Positions 53,375 through 64,000 of a stretch of DNA of 64,000 nucleotides are shown here, piece after piece (positions within the stretch are counted from its first letter, which is position 1; each line of letters begins with the position of its first letter). The notes under the pieces are model-generated. The model was given only the letters and a program-made list of their open reading frames with translations. It was not told where the DNA came from and did no database searches. The position numbers and the translations under genes are program-made. Source of the stretch: Octopus sinensis (taxonomy: Eukaryota); the NCBI RefSeq assembly GCF_006345805.1, contig NC_043001.1, positions 89,590,001-89,654,000 on the forward strand, in the 5' to 3' direction.

Positions 53375-53870
53375 TAAGGATTAAGGTTGTTGAAAAGCCA
53401 GGCAACCCTATCAAATCTATAATTGGTAGAACCTATCCTTTTAGTAGAACCCCCTGTACGGATAAGTACTGTACTGTATGTAGATTTAGCCCACAAACAA
53501 ATTGTAAAGCCAGAAATGTAGTCTATAGTATTGTAAAGCCAGAAATGTAGTCTATAGTATAAGATGTATAGAGGGACGATGCAGTACCAAGACAACGACA
53601 TACGTAGGGGAAACGACAAGAAGCATAGGAGAGCGGGTGAATGAACATTGGAGACAACTCAAGGAAGGTAAAAGCTCATCGATTCTGTATCAACACGCCG
53701 AACAGGAACACGGGGGATCAATCAACAACATAGAAATTAAAATATTGTCCATACATAGAACAGATGCAACAATCAGACAAATTACAGAAGCTACACACAT
53801 AATAGAAAATAAACCTAGCCTGAATAGAAAACTAGAATGGAACACTAACACACACCACAACATATAACGG
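53375..53870 (+). mobile_element. Penelope-like GIY-YIG endonuclease fragment
   Basis: CTDKYCTVC...NCKARNVVYSI..CIEGRC...TYVGETTRSIGERVNEH...SILYQH...RQITEA..I...KPSLNRKLEW. Frame broken by a 29-bp tandem duplication at 53501-53558. Confidence 0.85.
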
Positions 53871-55076
53871 TAGAGGATCCCGAAAACATAATAAATACAC
53901 AGATAAATAAACAAATAGAAATGAATAACTATATATATATATTTTTTGGATTTATTATTATTATTACTAGTATTGTTGTTATACATACATACATACATAC
54001 AAGCATATGTAATGATAATAATAATAAAGGGATGTAAACACATGAACAAAATAAGAATAAACAAAAACAACAACAACAAAAACAAATTACATGAACATAT
54101 ATACTCTTTTACTCTTTTACTTGTTTCAGTCATTTGACTGCGGCCATGCTGGAGCACCGCCTTTAGTCGAGCAAATCGACCCCGGGACTTATTCTTTGTA
54201 AGCCCAGTACTTATTCTATCGGTCTCTTTTTGCCGAACCGCTAAATTACGGGGACGTAAACACACCAGCATCGGTTGTCAAGCAATGCTAGGGGGACAAA
54301 CACACACATATACATATACACGCATATATGAGTACAGGACACCAAAAAGGACGTCGAACACAATGAGAAACGAAAACATAGACACAAACCAAAGGAACTG
54401 GACATTTATTAAAAACAGCAAAAAAATAGAATACAGGACAGTTAACAAGGAAAAACCCCTTCTTCAGTCGCTAAAGCTTTCATCTACTCTACGTTTCGAA
54501 GGATAAAAGCGAGACGTATCTTCGACAAGAAAACTTTCCTTCCTGCGAGAAGCAAACAATTAAAATTCTGAGATCTTTTCGCAGAGGGGTAAAAAATAGT
54601 AACAGGACAGTAACGACAGTGCAAATTGTAAACAGTATAAGACAGAACAAGGAAAACAAGATAAGAAGGGCTGTTGACGCCGAACGAAAAAAAGTATTGC
54701 AAACGCAGAATTTTTTATGGACGACGAGCGGAGGAAAAAGAGTGTCCTCCATTACCTTGAAAGAGCCAGGCGAGAGAGACAGCAGCGGAAGTGACGTCGC
54801 GGGTGAACGACGGAAAGGGGGGAGGAGGAGCAAGAGAAAGGGGAGGAGAAGGGGAATGGCTGCGAGGAAACCATGAAGAATGGAGAGGGAGAGAGAGAGA
54901 GGAAGAGACAGGTTAAGTAGAGGATAAGGAAAACAAAGAATGAAGGCTGAGAAAGGGATGGGACAGAAAGGGTAAGAGTGCGCGTGAGAGTTAATATCAA
55001 GAACAAAAACTTGATATAAAGAACAATCTTAATTAAGGGGGTGCGTGCGTTTCATCATATAATATATTAATAAATA

Positions 55077-55114
<38 letters not shown>

Positions 55115-55720
55115 ACCGGAGTAAACACATAAATGCGAAACAAGGTGGAAAAAAGAGTACTCAAATACCAGGGGTAGAGTAATATGCTTTATTTAAAAGC
55201 AGCAGAAATTCAGGTTTTGTTGAATTTCTGCTGCTTTTAGGTAAGTATATATATATAATTTTTAATGTATCGACCGGTTTCGCAATCGCTATTCATGATA
55301 TAATGTTTAATTTATATGAATATATATTTTTTCTTAAGAAGAAATTTGGTCCATGTAGTTTGTAATGAAATTCACGAGTGAATGATTTTACAAAACTTGT
55401 AAAATCATTCACTCGTGAATTTCATACACATACAATGTTTCATATAAATTAAACACTATATCATGAATAGCGATTGCGAAACCGGTCGATACATTAAAAA
55501 TTATATTATAACCATGTAAGTGTGCGTATTTTTCCTTTTTTTATTTTCTTATTTACAATCCACCACGTGGGGACAACTGAAATTCCTCTTTTCTGTTACT
55601 ACTACTATATATATATATATATAACGGGAAGGTTTACGAAAATAAACAAAAGACGAAGGCAGGTGGAGTACAAACAAACAAATGTATTAGTATGGCGCTC
55701 AGGAATAGAAATAGAACAAG

Positions 55721-55758
55721 TCTTTTACGTTTCGAGCCTACGCTCTTCGACAGAAAGA
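55721..55758 (-). ncRNA. Minimal type I hammerhead-like motif (A6U variant core)
   Basis: TCTTT CTGTCGA A GAGC gtag GCTC GAAA CGT A AAAGA. Confidence 0.55.
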
Positions 55759-55966
55759 TACACAGAAAAGAAACAAGGAGAGAAAAAATGCGTGTAGGAG
55801 CTAACGGTCTATCGTCAGTAAAGCATGAATTCGAAAGAGAAACACGCTCTAAATCTATAGAGCAGTAGAGTAATGATAATTAGATAGTTATGGCCGGTCT
55901 GAAGAGACGCTGTAAAACTAAGCGCTTTATGAACGTGAAACTCTGGGTAACCTCACAGACCAGCCA

Positions 55967-56046
<80 letters not shown>

Positions 56047-56137
56047 ATCTATCTATCTACCCACCTGTCTGTCTGTCTAGATGCGCGCGCGTGTGTGTAT
56101 ATATATAGTATGTGTTATTATATATATATATATATAG

Positions 56138-56169
<32 letters not shown>

Positions 56170-56216
56170 AAACAAGTCAAGATAGAAAATGCTAAAATAA
56201 TTATTAAAGAACATTT

Positions 56217-56254
56217 CAGTACCGGTTTCGGTCATTTTGAGACCTTTTCAACTG
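56217..56254 (-). ncRNA. Minimal type I hammerhead ribozyme (U3-A8 covariant core)
   Basis: CAG TTGAAAA GGTC tcaaaat GACC GAAA CCGGT A CTG. Confidence 0.65.
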
Positions 56255-56385
56255 TAACGATTGAATAATTAAATTTAGAAAAATTAAAAGAAAAGTTTTT
56301 TTAAAGGAATATTTGTATAGTGTTCAAATATAAGTGGCATTCTGCCTTTCTCTGTCTCCCTTGTTTGCACTTGTGTATATATATA

Positions 56386-57489
56386 CATATCACCCTCCTC
56401 ACTGGCACCCATCATCGACCCTATCGCATCATCAACTCCTTCACCTGCACCTCCAGCAATATTATCTATTGCGTCTCTTGCTCTCTCTGCCATTCCCTGT
56501 ACATCGGACAAACGGGACGCCGCTTGGCTGACCGGTTCGCGGAACACCTTCGTGACATCCGCCTTGCGAACGACACACCTGTCTCACGCCATTTCCGCTC
56601 CACCGGTCACTCCTTGCAACACCTGTCTGTGTTCGGTTTGTCCTTACACAGAGGCCATCAGGATTCCCGTTTGCGCCGTGAACAGGAATTAATGTTCTCT
56701 CTTCGCTCTTATACGCCATTCGGTCTCAACTCTCCCCCCCCTCCTCATCTAACCACCTCTCCCCCTCCTCATCTAACCTCCCCCGACCCATACTTCTCTT
56801 CAGTCCTTCGTCCTTTCACCCCTACTCCCCTTCCCTTCTTCCCTCTTTCTCCCTCCCTCCTTCCCTCTTCCCTCTTTCTCTCTGCTCCCTCACTCCCCTT
56901 CTCTCTCTCTCCCCCTCTCCCTCTATCCTCCCTCCTCCTCTCCCCTCCTCTCCCCTCCTCTTCTCCTCTCCTTCCTTCTCCCCTCCCCCCTCCTCTTCTC
57001 CCCTTTCCTTCTCCCCTCTTCTCCCCTTTCTTTCTCCCCCTCCCCCTCTTCTCCTCTCTCTACACTACACCATACGACTTTACACATCACATCATATATA
57101 CATACACACGTCCAGACCTCTCATACGCACAAATACTCTCTCATACACACACACTCTTATGTTGGAGCGAGGTCATTTAACCCTATTATCTCCCCTAATT
57201 TCGCTCTTGCGTCTCACGTTTGATCTTTGACTTCTGGCCGAAATCAGATCGCCATGTTGATTCGCTAGCCTCTGCACGCATATTTTTTTCTCTCCTTCTT
57301 TCTGTGTTTTTTCTCTGTGTATCTTTCTGTTGAAGAGCGTAGGCTCGAAACGTTAAAGACTTGTTTTATTTATATTTCCTGAGCGCCGTACTAATACAAT
57401 TGTTTGTTTGTATTCCACCTGCCTTCGTCTTTTGTTTATTTCCGTAAACCTGCCTTCGTCTTTTGTTTATTTTCATAAAGCTTCCCGTT
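56386..57489 (+). mobile_element. Penelope-like (Neptune-type) element 3' end: GIY-YIG domain, polypyrimidine tract and pLTR
   Basis: FTCTSSNIIYCVSCSLCHSLYIGQTGRRLADRFAEH...PVSRHF...H...RLRREQELMFSL...PFGLN, uninterrupted and CpG-rich. Confidence 0.9.
57322..57359 (+). ncRNA. Minimal type I hammerhead-like motif (A6U variant core)
   Basis: TCTTT CTGTTGA A GAGC gtag GCTC GAAA CGT T AAAGA, located in the PLE terminal repeat. Confidence 0.55.
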
Positions 57490-57490
57490 T

Positions 57491-57521
<31 letters not shown>

Positions 57522-57522
<1 letters not shown>

Positions 57523-57703
57523 CAGGAGTGGCTGAGTGGTAAGTAGCTTGCTTACCACCCACATGGTTCCGAGTTCAGTCCCACTGCGTGGCACTTGGGC
57601 AAGTGTTTTCTACTATAGTTTCGGGCCAACCAAAGCCTTGTGAGTGGATTTGGTAGGCGGAACTGAAAGAAGCCTGTCGTATATATATATATGTATATAT
57701 ATG

Positions 57704-57739
<36 letters not shown>

Positions 57740-58104
57740 GTGTGTGTATATATATATGTGTGTGTATATATATATATATAATATGTGTGTGTGTGTGTGT
57801 GTATATATATATGTGTGTGGTGTGTGTATATATATACATACACACACACACACACAACACATATATTATATATATATATATTACATATATACACATACAT
57901 ATATGTGTGTGTGAGTGTGTTTGTATGTATGTCTGCGTTTGTCCCTCCAGCAACGCTTGACAACCGATGCTGGTGTGTTTACGTCCCCGTAACCTAGCGG
58001 TTCGGCAAAAGAGTCCGATAGAATAAGTTCTGGGGTTGATTCGCTCGACTAAAGGCAGTGCTCCAGCATAGCCGCAGTCAAATGACTGAAACAAGTCAAA
58101 GAGT
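57522..58104 (+). mobile_element. SINE family A with expanded internal (TA)/(TG) microsatellite
   Basis: Head CAGGAGTGGCTGAGTGGTAAGTAGC through tail GCAGTCAAATGACTGAAACAAG. Confidence 0.85.
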
Positions 58105-58370
58105 ATGCGTGTTTATGTGTCTTTGTCTTTGCGTTAGTTCCCCCATCGTCGCTTGTCAACCGTTGTTGGTTTGTTTATTCCCCCCCGTAACATAGCGGTT
58201 CGGCAAAAAGAGGTCGATAAAATAAGTACCAAACTTTAATATAAAGTACTGGAGTCCATTTGTATGACTAAACCAGTCAAAGCGGTGCTCCAGCATTGCC
58301 GCAGTGTAATGACTAAAAAAAGTAACAGATAAATTATATATATGTGTGTGTGGGTGTGTGTCCATGCGTG

Positions 58371-58404
<34 letters not shown>

Positions 58405-58802
58405 GTGTGTGCGTGTGTGTGTGCGTGGTGTGTGTGTGTGTTTAGTACTCTCATGTTTTGAGTTCCGTTTTTTCTTGATTGTTCTAGCAAGTCTATATAT
58501 ATATATATATACATGGTGTGTGCAAGTATAGATCCTGTTATACATATAAGGAGATGGATAAATAGATTCAGCTCTCCAAACATAGATATAGTATAATTCA
58601 GAGGTTATATACGTATTCCATAAGCATTAATACTCTATCATACACAAATTCCGCATATTATGTGTACAGTGTGTGTGTGTGCTTCTGTATGTGCGTGCGT
58701 GTGTATGTATGTATGTGTGTGTGTGTGTTCATGTCTTTCATCAGGTCGTTAACTCCATGAGTCATGTCTATGATTATGAGCCTCGTTCGGTCAACTACTT
58801 AC

Positions 58803-59058
58803 CTGTACACCATGATAGGACCGTTCGAGTAGAGCTGACTCAGGGTTAAAAAAGAAGCAACAAAATTCAGTGAATGCTTTCGCTGTCGCTCTGGTCGTTT
58901 TGCCGGCTTTAAAACCATCCACCGCAGTAGTCACTTCTGTAGTTGATATTTTTAACCTATCCCTGCCTTTACTTGTTACTTTCTTTCTCAGATCCTCTGT
59001 TTTGAAAGCCTTTTCGTATTCTTCCTCACCGCTTTTTATTATCTCTGACACTGCACAC
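58803..59058 (-). other. Candidate orphan exon
   Basis: Consensus donor CAG|gtaagt, a weak acceptor tag|G, and 85 open codons of non-repetitive, CpG-retaining sequence. Confidence 0.3.
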
Positions 59059-59220
59059 CTACATAACTCTAAATACCCATAAGCACAATACCTCCACCAC
59101 GTCCACATACGCGCACACATATATGGACACAAATGCTCACAAACATATACACATAAACACTCCACGTATACACAAGCATACACACACTTATATACAAAAA
59201 GGCCCCCGACACAGCTACAA

Positions 59221-59296
<76 letters not shown>

Positions 59297-60453
59297 CTAC
59301 CCAACATACTCACACCTACAAAAATAGATGTATCCCGACACAACTACAAGCACATTCACACATCCACACTTATGCCAACACATACAAGCACACAACCACA
59401 CACGTATATACTCAAACCACCCCCACACGTACAAACACCAACACCCACAAACGCACAAACACCCTTACACATCCACAAATACATACATATACACCCCGCA
59501 CACGCAAACACAGGATCAGACACATGTACAAACACCACCCAGCATCCCGACACTACACATTTATATGCTACACACATCACTCTGTGTAATGTATTCCATA
59601 CCCAATCTGTTTTTAGTTTTTCTTTTCGCTATTTTCCTTTCATCTCTCAAATTTTTATCTTTTTACATCTCGTTAACTTTCATTTTCATTTTCATAATTC
59701 AGTTTCTCCCGTTACTCCTTTTTTTGTTTATCTCTCTCCCCCTTCTCATCCTCCTTCTCTCTCTTATCTATAGCTTTGTCTCTTCCTCAAACCTCTGTTC
59801 TTCTATCTTCTAGTGTCCCTTCTCTAATCTGACACTCTCCATTCTTTCCCCCCTCTTTTATTTTCTTTCTGTCTATTTTCTATAAGTCTATTCAATAGTT
59901 CTGTCTCTTCCTCAACCTCCTCTCTTCTATCTTCTTCCAGTGTCCCTTCTCTATTCTAAAATTCTCCATTCTGCCACACCTTTCTTCCGTCACTTCACCC
60001 TCTTTTTTGCTGTTTTTTTCCTCTCTCTATCTTTGTAACTCTTCTACAAACCCAACTCTCTTTCTTGTAACTCTTCTCTACCATCATTCTGATTCTTTCT
60101 CACATTTCTCTGTACCTCTCTATCTCTCTCTTTCTTTCATCTCTTCGTACTTCTCTCTGTATCTCTCTTTCTTCTTCTTCTTCTTCTTCTTCTTCTTCTT
60201 CTTCTTCTTCTTCTTCTTCTTCTTCTTCTTCTCTCTCTCTCTCTCTCTTTCCCTCATTCTTCATTCTATTCTAGTCTCTTCTCTTATCTTCTATTTTACT
60301 CTCCACCAGCTCTCTACATGCCACTCTCTTCGTCACTCATTCATTCGTCTAATCTGTTTGTATGTGTATGTTTGCATATGTGTATATCGTGTGTTTATAT
60401 ATAGTTGTGTGTTCATGTGTATATATGTTTGTGCTTTTATATATTTGTATGTT

Positions 60454-60530
<77 letters not shown>

Positions 60531-61373
60531 TGTATATATAAATGTTTTTATAAATCTTTGTATATGTATGTATGCATGTATATGTTTGTGTACGTATATA
60601 TGTATATATATGCATGTATATGTATATCTTTTTGTGTGTATATATATATCTATATATATTTGTGCATGTGTATCTATATTTTGTGAGTGTGTATTTATAT
60701 GTATATATATTTCTTTGTATGTGCTCCATCCTATTTATATACTACCTTGCTTCTTTCAAGGATGTCTGCTTACTCTGTAACCGATACTTTCTTTCTTTCT
60801 TTCTTTCTTTCGTTCTCAATCTTAGCCGTTCCAAGTCTCCTATACCTCTCTTTATTTTCATTATCTCGCCGATGCGTTTTTATTTGATGTATTTTTTTCT
60901 CTTTTCCTAACGCCTTTTGTCTTTCGTCACATTTCGACCCGAAGTGCCTCTCATTCATTTCACCATCCTTCAGTTTGTTAATATCTCTCAATTGTTCTGA
61001 ACATACTAATCTATACTCTAAAGTCTCCTTAAAGAATTTACCCTGAATGAGATTTTACTCACTTTTTCACTTCTCTTCTCACTCTCTCTCATTTCCCGTC
61101 TTTCTTTTTGAACGTATGTTTTTATATGTATGCCCAATGAGGTACGAAGAATATATATATATATATTTAAGTAGGTGAATGAATTATTCTATGTTTATCG
61201 TCAGCATGGAAAATTCGTTTAAGCGAAACCTGGGTAGCAAATTCACGTCAGAAAACACGGTTGAAGCGACCTGTCAAGGGTAGAAACTCCGGGTTCATGT
61301 GTAGAAATTTGTGTGTTGTATATGAATAAATGAAAGAATGGAGTCGAACGAAGATGTTAACAAAATTCCTTTA

Positions 61374-61455
61374 CTCTCGACACATGTTTCGAAGACAGCA
61401 TCTTCTCATTCCAAAGGAATAAAGGGTGCATTATGCAATCTTCTCATCAGGAAAG
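61374..61455 (-). ncRNA. Type I hammerhead ribozyme with canonical core
   Basis: CTTTC CTGATGA GAAGA...TCTTC GAAAC ATGT GTC GAGAG: stem I CUUUC/GAGAG, long stem II, GUC cleavage triplet. Confidence 0.75.
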
Positions 61456-61605
61456 AAAGGGAGCCTCTCTCGACAACAAGACAAAAATTTCGATGATTGC
61501 CTACATTCCTTTGGAATGAGAAAATGCTGTCTTCGAAACATGTGTCGAGAGTAAAGGAATTTTGTTAACATCTTCGTTCGACTCCATTTTTCCCCTCTCC
61601 CCTTA

Positions 61606-62101
61606 CCTCCCCCTCCCCCTCTTCTCCTCTCTCTACACTACACCATACGACTTTACACATCACATCATATATACATACACACGTCCAGACCTCTCATACG
61701 CACTAATACTCTCTCATACACACACACACCACACACACACACACTCGTCTCATACACACACACACACTCTTATGTTGGAGTGAGGTCATTCAACCCTATT
61801 ATCTCCCCTAATTTCGCTTCTTGCGTGCTCTCATGTTGGATCTTTGACTTCTGGCCGAATCATCGCCATGTTGATTCGCTCTAGCTTCTGCACGCATATT
61901 TTTTTCTCTCCTTCTTTCTGTGTTTTTCTCTGTGTATCTTTCTGTTGAAGAGCGTAGGCTCGAAAACGTTAAAGACTTGTTTTATTTATATTCCTGAGCG
62001 CCATACTAATACAATGTTTGTGTTGTATCTCACCTGCCTTCGTCTTTTGTTTATTTCCGTAAACCTGCCTTCGTCTTTGTCTATTTTCATAAAGCTTCCC
62101 G

Positions 62102-62103
<2 letters not shown>
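61606..62103 (+). mobile_element. Second near-identical copy of the Neptune-type PLE terminal repeat (non-coding)
   Basis: Collinear with 57034-57489, including the hammerhead-like motif at 61937-61975. Confidence 0.85.
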
Positions 62104-62173
<70 letters not shown>

Positions 62174-62796
62174 CTGTCCGCGCGCGCACACGTGTAAACA
62201 ATTAAGTTTATTCGTAGAGATAACAACAACAATGAATATGAATTGTTTTCCTTTTATTTACTATATACCAACAAAAATTAGACCTCTTCCGATTTTATTT
62301 GTAGAATAATTCAGTAATAATAATGCCACAGTACGTGATTTAAAGACACAGGTTCAAATCGGACAGAATTCAGATAGAATATAGCAAAGTTTAAGGTAAA
62401 GTTTGTAGATGTGCTTTCAAGAATGAATATTCATATTTTCGTGGTTTACATAGTCAATTGAATAATGTGTTGTAATAGATAGAAAGTCTTATTGAAAATG
62501 TACTTATATGCGTATGCGTTTATAAAATCTAGACATTTACAAGTAAATAACGGGCAATTATAAATAAAAGTTAGTACAAGCAGAAGTTCTATCGAGGTAT
62601 GGCAACGGTTGAGGTTTACTGCCAGCAAGGAATATAATGAAAGGAGACAACTTATTGATGGATACTAGTGATAGATAAAAGAGAGTTAGAAATTGACTAG
62701 TTTACTTCTTAAATAGCTAAAAAAAATGGCTCACAGTCTACAATACACATAACGACAGTGATGCAAAAATATCTCTGCATAAAATCGCTACAAATG

Positions 62797-62830
<34 letters not shown>

Positions 62831-63234
62831 TGTATGTATGTATGTATGTATGTATGTATGTTGTATGCATGCACGCATGAATGTACATACACACATAGGT
62901 ATGCACATGCATCTCTATACACATGCGTACATACATGTGGGCAAAATCATTTTTACCTTTCTTTCTCTGTATTACATACCCGTGTGTGTGTGTAAACTTG
63001 TTATCTGTAATTTTTACGGGTCATTATTGCAAAACTTCTAAGTCATAGTCGTAATGTGTTCCTATCAAATAAAATATCAAGACACCTCTTTGGCATTGGA
63101 GCATTTTTTCATTTGATTTTCTTTGCTCTTCTCTAAAACACCAACACATGCATGCACTCGTCCTCTGCACACGCGTACTTATATATGTGTGTGCGAGTGT
63201 TGTATATGTATATGTGTGTATGTATTAAATTATC

Positions 63235-63451
63235 ATATTGGTTTCAAATTTTGGCACAAGGCCAGCAATTTCGTAGGAAGGGGTAAATCGATTACGTTGA
63301 CCCCAGTACTCAACTGGTACTTATTTCAATGACCCCGAAAAGATCAAAGACAAAGTCGACCTCGGTGGAATTTGAACCCAGAACGTAAAGACAGACGAAA
63401 TGCTGCAAAGCATTTTGTCCGGCGTGCTAACGGTTTTGCCAGCTCGCCGCC
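63235..63451 (-). mobile_element. SINE family B
   Basis: Reverse complement of the GGCGGCGAGCTGGCA head and the Nin-like core. Confidence 0.8.
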
Positions 63452-64000
63452 ATAAGTTGTTATATTAAAGTTAAAGAATGGGATGACACAATATTGAGAC
63501 CGGAAGGCATATCGGAGAGTCCTAGTCAACACAAACTTATATATATATATATATATATAAGGAAAGGAAGGATTGTAGGTGTATATGATCTTTAATTCAT
63601 AATCTAGTTTGGTACAGAACCAATATACATTCTACAAATTGGTTCGGAGTTTAATTAATTCCAAATACAAAAACGAAAGACTCTTTTTGAAATAAAAACT
63701 AGAATCTTCGTCAGGAATTACATACGGGTATGAATAATTACGACCAACAAAAATATACAAAGACCTTTTATAGCGCAGATGGGAACGAACAAATAATAAT
63801 AAAATGAAAGATAACTAGAACGCCAGATAATTCAAAACCAGAAAAATATATTTAAAAATATCCACTCCAGCGTTTTATTAACATTAAAATTCATGATATG
63901 TAAATATCTAGGGTTTTTTTAATTTTTATAAAAAACGTTTTTTATTTTTATAAAAAACGTTTTTTATTAAAAAAAATTAAAGAACGTCTACACCTACAAT

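Overview
AT-rich, microsatellite- and transposon-dense animal genomic DNA. The SINE families and overall composition suggest an octopus or other coleoid cephalopod (inference, not checked). Two protein-coding genes can be built from splice signals, both in the first 20 kb. One is the 3' part of an unidentified coiled-coil gene on + (six exons, 4559-11692). The other is a complete THUMPD1 on - (three coding exons, 17706-12662, 352 aa), convergent with it. The rest is mostly mobile DNA: a young 5'-truncated CR1-group LINE (21692-24692), Tx1/L1, RTE, CRE and Gypsy fragments, many Penelope-like (GIY-YIG) fragments, four SINE families, and hAT, piggyBac and Helitron non-autonomous elements. The most unusual signals are (i) a tRNA cloverleaf at the tip of a ~100-bp-arm foldback flanked by a 15-bp direct repeat (5365-5719), and (ii) a cluster of hammerhead-ribozyme motifs of three core types (canonical CUGAUGA, U3-A8 covariant, A6U variant) in Penelope-derived inverted repeats at 55-62 kb. 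All alignments and folds were done by eye. Splice and motif coordinates were counted directly; boundaries of degraded repeats are approximate.
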